DNA of 60,622 bases from an uncultured virus (IMG/VR IMGVR_UViG_3300000116_000009) (lineage: Duplodnaviria; Heunggongvirae; Uroviricota; Caudoviricetes), in IMG/VR virus record IMGVR_UViG_3300000116_000009. The stretch is one strand, 5' to 3'. Positions 28,975 through 38,431 of the stretch are shown here, in pieces (within the stretch, counting starts at the first letter, position 1; every line of letters begins with the position of its first letter). The translations under genes were made by a program, and so were the position numbers. The notes under the pieces are model-generated. The model was given only the letters and a program-made list of their open reading frames with translations. It was not told the DNA's origin and did not search any database.

Positions 28975-29709
28975 ATGCCAAGTAAACCTTATACAGATAA
29001 AGTTTATACCCCCAAAAGAATTGTTAAAAACCCCATTAAATTTAAATTACAATTAAATGAAGAACAAAAAACTTCTAAAGCAACAATATTAGAGAATACA
29101 ATAACCCTTTTAGCAGGACAAGCAGGTTCTGGAAAAACTTTATTAGCATGTAACATTGCATTAGATGGTTTATTTAGAAGAATATATGATAAAGTAATTA
29201 TAACTAGACCAACTGTTTCAAAAGAAGAAATAGGTTTTTTACCTGGTGATATGAGAGAAAAAATGGATCCATGGGTACAACCAATTTACCAAAATATGTA
29301 TTTGTTGTATGATAAAGTTAAAATAGAAAAATGTATTCAAGATGGAGATATAGAAATTGTCCCCGTATCATTTATGAGAGGTAGAACTTTTTTAAATTCA
29401 TTAATAATAGTAGATGAAGCTCAAAATGTAACTCATGAACAAATGGAAATGATTGTTACTCGTATTGGTAAAAATTCTAAAATGGTAGTATGTGGTGATA
29501 CATTTCAAGTAGACTTAAAAAACAAATCTGATTCAGGATTTAAGTTTTTATATAATGCTGCTAAGAGAATTAAAAACATGGAATCTATAACTTTACAAAC
29601 TAATAATAGGGATGATATAGTAGAAGATTTAGTTAATTATTACAATGATGCATATACTAAAAAACAAATAGTAGGTACCGCAGGTAGTAGTGGAACACAA
29701 AAAAGGTAA
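28975..29709 (+). CDS. phoH: PhoH-family ATPase
   Basis: GQAGSGKT, ITRP, IGFLPG, FMRGRTF, DEAQN, TRIG..SK.V.CGD..Q.D. Confidence 0.93.
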   Translation: MPSKPYTDKVYTPKRIVKNPIKFKLQLNEEQKTSKATILENTITLLAGQAGSGKTLLACNIALDGLFRRIYDKVIITRPTVSKEEIGFLPGDMREKMDPWVQPIYQNMYLLYDKVKIEKCIQDGDIEIVPVSFMRGRTFLNSLIIVDEAQNVTHEQMEMIVTRIGKNSKMVVCGDTFQVDLKNKSDSGFKFLYNAAKRIKNMESITLQTNNRDDIVEDLVNYYNDAYTKKQIVGTAGSSGTQKR

Positions 29710-29732
29710 ATATTTATAATCAAACATAACTC

Positions 29733-30182
29733 ATGGCCGATTTTACCGTACAAATAATAGAAAATATAAAATTAAATGGTGTTCAAAGAGGATCTCAAGT
29801 TAATAAAATTATTTCTGGGATTAATTATACTGATAATAGAATTCTAAACACATTTTCAGGATCTGAAACTACTATATTTTCATTATCAGATGTTGATGGA
29901 GCAGGAACTTTCGTAACTAGCAGTTTAAAATATGCTAGAATAACTAATATTGATACAACTGCATCAATAAATTTAAAAGTATCTTCATCAACTGAACAAT
30001 TAAATTTTAAAGTCACTCCTGGTGATTCATTTATGTTATCTACATCTAATATTACAGGAAGTATTTTATCTGGTAGTGATGCTGTATTTTCTTATGGAGA
30101 CATAGCTTCAATAAAAGTTGAACCTGTATCACCTCCAACGGGTAGTAGTGCTGAAATAGAGTATATAATTGCAACAACATAA
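29733..30182 (+). CDS. Putative virion structural protein
   Basis: Beta-rich, KYARITN.D motif, many SGS/TGS/SSS motifs. Confidence 0.6.
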   Translation: MADFTVQIIENIKLNGVQRGSQVNKIISGINYTDNRILNTFSGSETTIFSLSDVDGAGTFVTSSLKYARITNIDTTASINLKVSSSTEQLNFKVTPGDSFMLSTSNITGSILSGSDAVFSYGDIASIKVEPVSPPTGSSAEIEYIIATT

Positions 30183-30202
30183 ATATTTATATATAAATTA
30201 AC

Positions 30203-31360
30203 ATGGCAGAACAATCACCTATAATATGGACCGGAACATCAAATTTTGTCCCTGGACAAACTCCATTTGGATTCTATGATAACGAAGCAGCTTTTCAAAC
30301 AGATGCTGATAAAGTAGCAGAATTTTGTGCTACTCGTTTAGGATATCCTACTGTTGATATAGAAATGGGTAGTGGGTCATTATATGCTTGTTTTGAAGAA
30401 GCAGTAACTACATATGGTAATGAGCTTTATTTATATCAAATACGAAATAATTTTATAACTTTAGAAGCGTTTAGTACAGGTTCTTCATTAAATAGAAGTG
30501 TAATTCAACCTAATTTAGGTAATATAATTAGAATTGCTGAAGATTATGGATCAGAAGCAGGTGCAGGTGGGTATATAGACTGGTATTCAGGATCAATAAC
30601 AATGAATTGTAATCAACAAGATTATGATTTAAATGCTTGGAAAGATAGTCAAGGAATTACAGGATCTATTGAAGTAAAACGTATTTTTTATGAAAATACA
30701 CCTGCTATTGTAAAATATTTTGATCCTTATGCAGGTACAGGATATGGTTCCCAACAATTATTAGATGTATTTGGATTTGGAAACTATTCTCCGGCAATTA
30801 ATTTTATGTTAATGCCTATTTATTATGATGTTTCTGTAATCCAAGCTATTGAATTGAATGATACAATTAGGCGATCAGGATTTTCATTTGAGTTAGTAAA
30901 TAACCAACTAAAAATATTTCCTATACCAACTAGTGATGGAGGACAATTACGTTTTCAGTATATTTTAGTGGACGAAAGAAATTCACCTATTAGACCTCAA
31001 TTTTCAGGAAGTAATCTAGTAACGGATATGTCTACAGTACCATACGAAAACCCAAATTACGATTTTATAAATGCTCCTGGTAGATATTGGATTTTTGAAT
31101 ATACTTTAGCATTAGCTAAAGAATTATTAGGATATATTAGAGGTAAATACTCTCAAGTTCCAATTCCTGGTGCCGAAGTTACTTTAAATCAAGATGCTTT
31201 ATTATCTTCTGCTACTGATTTAAAAGCTGCATTAATTGAAAAATTAAGAAATGATTTAGACGAAAATTCTAGAAGATCACAATTACAAAGAAAAGCAGAA
31301 GAAGCTGTTGCTATGGTAACAACTTTAGAACAAGTCCCAATTCCAATTTATATAGCATAA
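30203..31360 (+). CDS. Neck/head-tail adaptor (gp13-like)
   Basis: RLGYP.VDIE, YTLALAKE.LG.IRGKY..P.PG.EVTLN. Confidence 0.8.
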   Translation: MAEQSPIIWTGTSNFVPGQTPFGFYDNEAAFQTDADKVAEFCATRLGYPTVDIEMGSGSLYACFEEAVTTYGNELYLYQIRNNFITLEAFSTGSSLNRSVIQPNLGNIIRIAEDYGSEAGAGGYIDWYSGSITMNCNQQDYDLNAWKDSQGITGSIEVKRIFYENTPAIVKYFDPYAGTGYGSQQLLDVFGFGNYSPAINFMLMPIYYDVSVIQAIELNDTIRRSGFSFELVNNQLKIFPIPTSDGGQLRFQYILVDERNSPIRPQFSGSNLVTDMSTVPYENPNYDFINAPGRYWIFEYTLALAKELLGYIRGKYSQVPIPGAEVTLNQDALLSSATDLKAALIEKLRNDLDENSRRSQLQRKAEEAVAMVTTLEQVPIPIYIA

Positions 31361-31361
31361 T

Positions 31362-31853
31362 ATGGCATTATACGGAAAAGCAAGAGATGTTAGATTATTT
31401 CGGGGATTAAACACAGAACTATTACATAAAATCATCGAACAACAGGTAGGATACTACAAGGTAAAACTTGATGATACACCCGCCAATATTTACGGCGAAG
31501 CGCAAAGTAAAACGTTGATAGGCCCTGTTTTAATTAAATGTTTGCTAGATAGAGGCGAACAAACTGTAACTGATGATGACTTTGGAATAGATAGAAATAG
31601 AACACTATCAGCTCGATTTTTTAGATACGATCTAACACAACAAAATGTATTTCCTGAAATAGGAGATGTAATAGTATGGAATGAAGATTATTATGAAGTT
31701 AATAATTTAGTAGAAAATCAACTAGTAGTTGGTAAAGATCCTTCGTATCCATATAGTGAAACAGTAGATGACTTTGGAGAAAGTCATTCAATAATAGTGA
31801 ATTGTTACTGGTCAAGACCAGAGAAATGGGGTATTAAAGAACAAAGATTATAA
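31362..31853 (+). CDS. Head-closure/neck protein (gp14-like)
   Basis: NIYGEA..K, PEIGD.I.W...YYEV; follows the gp13-like gene. Confidence 0.65.
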   Translation: MALYGKARDVRLFRGLNTELLHKIIEQQVGYYKVKLDDTPANIYGEAQSKTLIGPVLIKCLLDRGEQTVTDDDFGIDRNRTLSARFFRYDLTQQNVFPEIGDVIVWNEDYYEVNNLVENQLVVGKDPSYPYSETVDDFGESHSIIVNCYWSRPEKWGIKEQRL

Positions 31854-32752
31854 TGGAATTTAAACCTAGACCATTTACCAGAAGAGAGTTTATGTCTAAA
31901 CTTCCTGAACCATATGTGAACCCTGATACAAATGTAGAGGTAGCAGGTAATCCTAATGATGTATCTTCTACTATATTAAAACCAGGACAACCCGAATTTA
32001 ATAGAGCTACACAAGTTTCATTTAAAGATGCAAAACAATCTTCAGTTGATGAAATAAAAAATAAACCTTTTTCTATAGGTTTACAAGATATAGATAATGC
32101 AATGGTGTATTATTTAGAAAAAGCAATTAAACCAACAGTTACTTTAAATAATAGACAAATAGAAGTTCCTGTTATATATGGTTCTCCTGAAAGATGGAAA
32201 TCTATGCAGGCTGATGGTTTTTATAGAGACAGAAATGGTAAAACTATGGTGCCTCTTGTTATGATTAAAAGAGAAAACTTTAGTAAAAATAATACTTTAG
32301 GAAATAAATTAGATGGAAATAAAGTAAGTAATGTAGAATATTTTGAAACTCAATATTCAAGAAACAATATTTATGATAATTTTAATGTATTAAGAGATCA
32401 AAAAGTTGAAAAATCCTATATATTAGGTGTAATTCCTGACTATATCGATTTAAATTATACATTATCCGTATTTACTGATTATACAACCCAAGCAAATGAA
32501 ATAATAGAAGCCATAGAATTCGCTGCTCGTTCATACTGGGGTGATCCTGAAAGGTTTATGTTTAGAGCTAATATAGATACATTTAATACACCTATATTAC
32601 TTGAAAGTGGCTCAGATAGAGCTAATAGGTCAACTATGAATGTTTTAGTAAATGGGTATATTATACCTACAGGTATTAAAGCAGCTATGGCTGGTCCTGA
32701 TCCAAAATCTTATAGTGTAACTAAAACTATATTTAAGGAAACAGTTGTATAA
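31853..32752 (+). CDS. Tail terminator/sheath stabiliser (gp15-like)
   Basis: VPVIYGSPERW, P.Y.DL.Y.L, Q.NEIIE; position. Confidence 0.65.
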   Translation: MEFKPRPFTRREFMSKLPEPYVNPDTNVEVAGNPNDVSSTILKPGQPEFNRATQVSFKDAKQSSVDEIKNKPFSIGLQDIDNAMVYYLEKAIKPTVTLNNRQIEVPVIYGSPERWKSMQADGFYRDRNGKTMVPLVMIKRENFSKNNTLGNKLDGNKVSNVEYFETQYSRNNIYDNFNVLRDQKVEKSYILGVIPDYIDLNYTLSVFTDYTTQANEIIEAIEFAARSYWGDPERFMFRANIDTFNTPILLESGSDRANRSTMNVLVNGYIIPTGIKAAMAGPDPKSYSVTKTIFKETVV

Positions 32753-32788
32753 AAACGTAATATTTATTAATATACCAATTAATCCAAA

Positions 32789-34435
32789 ATGACACAAATA
32801 AGTACATCAGGCATATCGAGTGGAAGTATAATAGAACCAATCCACGTTTTAAGACCAATAGATGCTTTAAACGGAACAGGTTCTTATGATCTCGTTGTTT
32901 CTGGTTCTTTAAATGTTTCTGGAACAATGAGAATTGCTACTGCTAGTATAATAAATGTAGCAGATCAAGCAGTTATTTTAGCATACAATACTTCTTCAGG
33001 AGATATTTATACTACTAATTCAACTTCGGGTACAAGTGGTACAAATGGTACTTCAGGTACGAGCGGAACAAATGGTACTAGTGGTACAAATGGTACCTCA
33101 GGTAATACTGGATCATCTGGTACTTCAGGTTTAACTGGAAGTTCAGGTAGTAGTGGTACATCAGGTACAAGTGGTGCTACTGGTACATCCGGTACTTCTG
33201 GATTTTCATATTTAGGTACTTCAACTACTTCTACTAACATAGCAGTAGGTGCAAAAACATTTACAACACAAGAAAATTTAGGGTTTACAGCAGGACAAAG
33301 TGTATCTATTTCATCAGATGCTAATAATGCTAACAAAATGTTAGGAAGTGTAACATCATATTCTGGAACTACTCTTGTTGTCGGTGTTACGGTAATAGGA
33401 GGAAGTGGAACATTTGGTGATTGGACTATATCATTAGAATCCCTACCAGGTACATCAGGTACATCTGGTACTTCAGGTACAAATGGAACAAGTGGAACTA
33501 ATGGTTCTTCTGGTACAAGTGGTTCTGATGGGGGAGCAGGAGCTGCAGGCACATCCGGAACATCTGGATCTAGTGGTTCATCAGGATCTAGTGGTTCATC
33601 TGGAACAAGTGGAATTGCAGGAGCTGTAGGTACTTCAGGTACAAGTGGTACAAATGGATCTTCTGGTTCATCAGGTACTAGTGGTATTGCGGGAGCGGTA
33701 GGTACATCTGGTACTTCAGGTACAAGTGGTACAAATGGAACAAGTGGTACAAATGGTTCATCCGGAACATCTGGATCTAGTGGTTCATCAGGAATTTCAT
33801 TAGTTACTGTTTTTACTCCTAATATTAGATATGAAGCTTTAGATAACGGAAATTCAGGAGTAGATGGTAGAATAGAAATTTTATCTACTGGAGCTGTTAC
33901 TGGAAATTTAACTTGGAGTAGAGCAACTACAACTTTAACAATTACATCTACAGCACATGGTTTATCTACAGGTAATCATGTTATTATAAGAAATGTAAGT
34001 ACTGATTATAATTATGTTCAAGTTACAGCTACAGATGCAAATACATTAACTTGTACTGTACCAAATTCTGGAGCTACATCAGGTACACAAGGTGCTTATA
34101 TACCAGCATTTTCGGCTAGTTCATTTTCTGAAGGGGGAGTAACTATTACTGCACCTAATTCTGGAAATTGCCAAATAAATTCAATAAATGTAGTAACAGG
34201 AACTAAAAACACAACTTCATTTTTATTAATATTACCAACCTCTATATCTAATGGAGCAGGTGCTAATAGTAGTTTAGTAAACCAAAACCCACCCATAACT
34301 CAAGCCTTTAAATTAAGTGATGGTGTTCAAAATACATCTGCTGTAATAACTTTAAATACATCCTCAAATTTTAATAGATTTAATATATCAGGACTTACAT
34401 CTTTAGTTAACAATATGATTAGAGTAACATTCTAA
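32789..34435 (+). CDS. Fibre protein with (GTS)n collagen-like tracts
   Basis: Gly every third residue in two tracts; N-terminus paralogous to 38432. Confidence 0.75.
   Translation: MTQISTSGISSGSIIEPIHVLRPIDALNGTGSYDLVVSGSLNVSGTMRIATASIINVADQAVILAYNTSSGDIYTTNSTSGTSGTNGTSGTSGTNGTSGTNGTSGNTGSSGTSGLTGSSGSSGTSGTSGATGTSGTSGFSYLGTSTTSTNIAVGAKTFTTQENLGFTAGQSVSISSDANNANKMLGSVTSYSGTTLVVGVTVIGGSGTFGDWTISLESLPGTSGTSGTSGTNGTSGTNGSSGTSGSDGGAGAAGTSGTSGSSGSSGSSGSSGTSGIAGAVGTSGTSGTNGSSGSSGTSGIAGAVGTSGTSGTSGTNGTSGTNGSSGTSGSSGSSGISLVTVFTPNIRYEALDNGNSGVDGRIEILSTGAVTGNLTWSRATTTLTITSTAHGLSTGNHVIIRNVSTDYNYVQVTATDANTLTCTVPNSGATSGTQGAYIPAFSASSFSEGGVTITAPNSGNCQINSINVVTGTKNTTSFLLILPTSISNGAGANSSLVNQNPPITQAFKLSDGVQNTSAVITLNTSSNFNRFNISGLTSLVNNMIRVTF
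33025..33793 (+). repeat. Two 9-nt-period G-(T/S)-(S/N) repeat tracts (about 33025-33202 and 33449-33793)
   Basis: GTSGTNGTSGSSG... encoded with varied synonymous codons. Confidence 0.9.
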
Positions 34436-34439
34436 GAAT

Positions 34440-36053
34440 ATGGCATATGTAAACCAACAGTTTTTTGGATCGATTACAGCGCAATCTATTAATAACCAAA
34501 ATATTGTTATTTTAGAAGGTAATTTTGCTGCAGGATCACCTACTATTTCTAGTATAACCTACACCGGAGATCCTACTTTACTTAGAATTTCTCAATCTGT
34601 ATTTTCAGTAGCGGGAGCTATACCAACTAGTGCATATATTACAGCCTTTGCATCAGATTATACTTCTATAACTTTATCTGAAAATGCTGTTTCTAGTGCT
34701 ACAGATGATACAATAGGTTTTTCTACACCTTCTGGTTCATATTTAGTTACTTCAGCAAGTTTTGTAGATCCTCAAAATAAATTATCTGTTTTAGATATTA
34801 CAGGATCTGTTACAGGTAGCCCATCTTCTAGTTTTGCAGTTTTAGCTCAAGCTAAAAGTAATAATGCTACTGTAACTGGAAGACAACACATATATAATGT
34901 AAGTGAAGTTGTTCAAAGAGATATTCAAACTGCAAAATTATCATTTTTTATAGAATGGGGAGAAGATGGAATAGAAGCAGATTCAGGTGACACAATCCAA
35001 ACTGCTGAAACAAATATAGCAATAGTAGATTTAACTACTACAGGCTCATTATCTCCCGAATTTTCTAAAGCTACACCAGGATTAGAAGGATTACCTATTG
35101 GTTCAGATTTTGCAGGTTTTAATATTGGCTTAAATCAATATTTTACTTTACTATCAGGATCAACTAGTGGTGGTGGAGGAGGTGGATCAGGTACATCTGG
35201 TACAAGTGGTACCTCTGGTACTGCCGGTACATCTGGTACTAGTGGAGCAACATACAAAACAACATCAACTACTGCTTTAACAGTTACTACAGGTTTAAAA
35301 ACACTAACATTAGGAGCAGGTTTAGCCTATTCTAATGGAATGTTTGTAATAGTAACTCCAAATGGATTACCTTCAATTTATATGTTAGGTAATGTTACTG
35401 CTTATAATGCATCAACAGGTGTTTTAACATTTAATTGTACAGAACTTGCTGGATCTGGAACATACACTAATTGGATAATTAACTTATCAGGACAAAGTGG
35501 AGGTACATCTGGTACATCAGGTACTAGTGGGGCAGGTTTTGATATTTCAGGATCAACATCTTCTGGACTTTTATCTTTAGTTAGATCTGGATCCGATGCT
35601 GTTAGAGTTAATCAAGATTTAACATTTGTTACATCATCTGGTACTACTTCAAGTCTTTTAACTGTTGTAGGGGATATTTTTGTACAAGGTACTTTAAGTG
35701 CAGCAACCAAAAACTTTAAAATAAACCATCCTACAATGCCTGGTTATTATTTAGTACATTCATCGTTAGAAGGGCCGGAACGTGGAATATATCATAGAGG
35801 AAAATTAAATGTTAGTGATGTTATTCATCTTCCAGATTATTGGAAAGATTTACCTGTAGATGATACTGATATTACAGTACAACTTACACCAATAGGAAAT
35901 GCTTGTCAACATTTTGTAAAATCTGTTACAAGAGAACAAATTGAAATAGGATGTGAATGTGGTAAACCTAATTGTTATTATATAGTACATGCCCAACGAT
36001 TTAACCAAGGTAAATTAGAAATATTAGAACCAAAAAAATCATCACAATTATAG
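34440..36053 (+). CDS. Fibre protein with GTS tracts and C-terminal intramolecular-chaperone-like domain
   Basis: GTS repeats; KNFKINHP..LVHSSLEGPE.G.Y.RG..LPDYW. Confidence 0.7.
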   Translation: MAYVNQQFFGSITAQSINNQNIVILEGNFAAGSPTISSITYTGDPTLLRISQSVFSVAGAIPTSAYITAFASDYTSITLSENAVSSATDDTIGFSTPSGSYLVTSASFVDPQNKLSVLDITGSVTGSPSSSFAVLAQAKSNNATVTGRQHIYNVSEVVQRDIQTAKLSFFIEWGEDGIEADSGDTIQTAETNIAIVDLTTTGSLSPEFSKATPGLEGLPIGSDFAGFNIGLNQYFTLLSGSTSGGGGGGSGTSGTSGTSGTAGTSGTSGATYKTTSTTALTVTTGLKTLTLGAGLAYSNGMFVIVTPNGLPSIYMLGNVTAYNASTGVLTFNCTELAGSGTYTNWIINLSGQSGGTSGTSGTSGAGFDISGSTSSGLLSLVRSGSDAVRVNQDLTFVTSSGTTSSLLTVVGDIFVQGTLSAATKNFKINHPTMPGYYLVHSSLEGPERGIYHRGKLNVSDVIHLPDYWKDLPVDDTDITVQLTPIGNACQHFVKSVTREQIEIGCECGKPNCYYIVHAQRFNQGKLEILEPKKSSQL

Positions 36054-36081
36054 GATAATCCAATAAAAGTTATTATATTTA
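36051..36081 (+). promoter_or_regulatory. Bipartite early/middle-type promoter upstream of the glycosyltransferase
   Basis: TAGG-N17-ATTATATTTA. Confidence 0.5.
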
Positions 36082-36087
36082 ACCGTT

Positions 36088-38400
36088 ATGAATATACTCG
36101 CTGCTACAAGTTTTATTGGCACTACAGGTTATGCAAATCATGCACAATCTTTTTTTACAGCTTTAGATAAACTTACTCCTGTTAAAATTAGAAATTTTAC
36201 AGTAGGAAAAAAATGGCAAGGTTATAATTTAACACCTCATGATAAAGAACCATACCTAACATCTCAGATGAAGAAAATGCTTCATCAACAAGTACTATTT
36301 GAAGATGATGGTAGTAGAATATGGCAACCTATATATTCTTATGATGATAATTTTACAGCTGATATTAATATAATTTTAAATGAACATGATCACCATTTAT
36401 TTTATGATGATTATGATGGGTATAAAATAGGGTACAATGTTTGGGAATCAACACGTTATTCACCTCAATTTTTTCAACAACTTTTAAACTTAGATGAACT
36501 TTGGGTACCTACAGAATGGCAAAAGTCTATATCTATAGAACAAGGATATCCTAAAGATAAAATATTTGTTGTACCTGAAGGAGTAGATGGAACTACTTTT
36601 AAACCACCATCAAGACCAGCTAAACAATTAAAATTTCAATTTGTTATAGTAGGTAGATGGGATTATAGAAAGGGTATAAAAGAAAGTATTAGAGGATTTT
36701 TAGAAGCTTTTCCTGATAATCCAAATGTTGAATTATTATTAAATGTTGAAAATCCATATCCTGTAGATGGAATGCAAACTACAGAAGAACGTTTAAAACA
36801 TTATGGATTAGAAGATAGTAGAATAAAAATATTAAAATTTTTAGATAGAAAACAATATGTTAAATTATTACAAAATGCTAATGTAGTAATATCTTGTGCC
36901 CGTGCTGAAGGATGGAATTTACCTTTAATTGAATCCCTAGCTTGTGGAACACCTTCAATTTACACTAAATGTTCAGGACAACTTGAATTTACTAAAGGTA
37001 AAGGATTAGGAGTAGATATAATAGGTGAAGAACCAGCTACAAATGGCAAAGATTTAACCTATGAACACAACATTCCAGGCAACTTCTACACACCTGATTT
37101 AGAGCATTTAGTATCTCAAATAAAAGATTCATATGAAAATTATGCTGATTGGAAACAATGGCATTTAAAAAATTCAAAAGTAATAAGAAACACTTTTTCT
37201 TGGAAAAATCAAGCACAAAAAGCATATAAAAGATTACAACAAATCCAAATAAATCCAACGCCATCATTACCTTATTTAGAAATAAATTTTGTAGATGGTC
37301 CTTATGTTTGTTTAAGAAATGCTAAACAAAAATATAAAGTTGATTTTATTAATCAAGATACTGGTAAAAACGAATATTCTGTAACTTTAAAAAATAACCA
37401 TTGGGGTAAAACCTATTTCAAATATTTTATTAATTGGGATATTCAATTAAAAGATTTACAAGGAAATCTTATTGCTTCTCATAAGTATGATGCTGCTAAT
37501 AAACGTATTTATATTGCCTGTGGTTCAAAATCATTAGGTGATACTTTAGCTTGGTTTCCATATGCCTTAGAATTTAAGAAAAAACACAAGTGTCATTTAA
37601 TAGTTTCTACTTTTTGGAATAAATTTTTCAAAAATAAATATCCCGAATTAACATTTGAAGAACCTGGTATTGAAGTTCCTAATTTATACGCTATGTATGA
37701 ACTAGGATGGTATTATGAAAATGAAACGGATATTTTAGATAAATTTAAACAACCTGAGGATCCCAAATCATTTAGTTTACAACAAACTGCAACTAATATT
37801 TTAGGCTTAGAATATAAAGAAATTATACCTAAAATAGAATATAAAATAAAAGATAGACCATGTAAGGAAAAATACATTTGTATTTCACCCCACGCTTCAG
37901 CAGGAGCTAAATATTGGCAACATCCTACAGGATGGCAAGATGTTATTAATTATATTAACAATACTTTAAATTATAAAGTAATTTTAATTTCACATGAAGG
38001 GCATAATGATGATTTTCATAATTCAAAACTTCCAAAAGGAAAAAAATTACAAAATATTATAGATTTTACAGGTGATCATCCTATAGAAGATATAGTAAGT
38101 ATATTACACCATTCAGAATTATATATAGGAGTGTCAAGTGGTTTAGCTTGGTTATCTTGGGCTATAGAAAAACCAGTTGTAATGATTTCAGGATTTAGTT
38201 CGGAATGGACTGAATTTTCTTCTAAAATAACTAGGATTATAAACAAAAATGTATGCAATTCTTGTTTTAATAATCATAAGTTAGATGCTGGTGATTGGGA
38301 TTGGTGTCCGTCCCATAAAAACACTCCTAGACAATTTGAATGTACTAAAAAAATCTCTCCCGAAATCGTAATAGAAGGCGTTATTAGCAGCCTTGTTTAA
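36088..38400 (+). CDS. Bifunctional glycosyltransferase: GT4 domain + TibC/AAH-like protein O-heptosyltransferase domain
   Basis: N-half GRWDYRKG, EGWNLPLIE; C-half SLGDTLAWFPY, KYW, IGVSSGLAWLSWA, ISGFS, CNSC-x13-C-x11-C. Confidence 0.85.
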   Translation: MNILAATSFIGTTGYANHAQSFFTALDKLTPVKIRNFTVGKKWQGYNLTPHDKEPYLTSQMKKMLHQQVLFEDDGSRIWQPIYSYDDNFTADINIILNEHDHHLFYDDYDGYKIGYNVWESTRYSPQFFQQLLNLDELWVPTEWQKSISIEQGYPKDKIFVVPEGVDGTTFKPPSRPAKQLKFQFVIVGRWDYRKGIKESIRGFLEAFPDNPNVELLLNVENPYPVDGMQTTEERLKHYGLEDSRIKILKFLDRKQYVKLLQNANVVISCARAEGWNLPLIESLACGTPSIYTKCSGQLEFTKGKGLGVDIIGEEPATNGKDLTYEHNIPGNFYTPDLEHLVSQIKDSYENYADWKQWHLKNSKVIRNTFSWKNQAQKAYKRLQQIQINPTPSLPYLEINFVDGPYVCLRNAKQKYKVDFINQDTGKNEYSVTLKNNHWGKTYFKYFINWDIQLKDLQGNLIASHKYDAANKRIYIACGSKSLGDTLAWFPYALEFKKKHKCHLIVSTFWNKFFKNKYPELTFEEPGIEVPNLYAMYELGWYYENETDILDKFKQPEDPKSFSLQQTATNILGLEYKEIIPKIEYKIKDRPCKEKYICISPHASAGAKYWQHPTGWQDVINYINNTLNYKVILISHEGHNDDFHNSKLPKGKKLQNIIDFTGDHPIEDIVSILHHSELYIGVSSGLAWLSWAIEKPVVMISGFSSEWTEFSSKITRIINKNVCNSCFNNHKLDAGDWDWCPSHKNTPRQFECTKKISPEIVIEGVISSLV

Positions 38401-38431
38401 TATTTATTATAGAATAATCTATAGAAAATAA

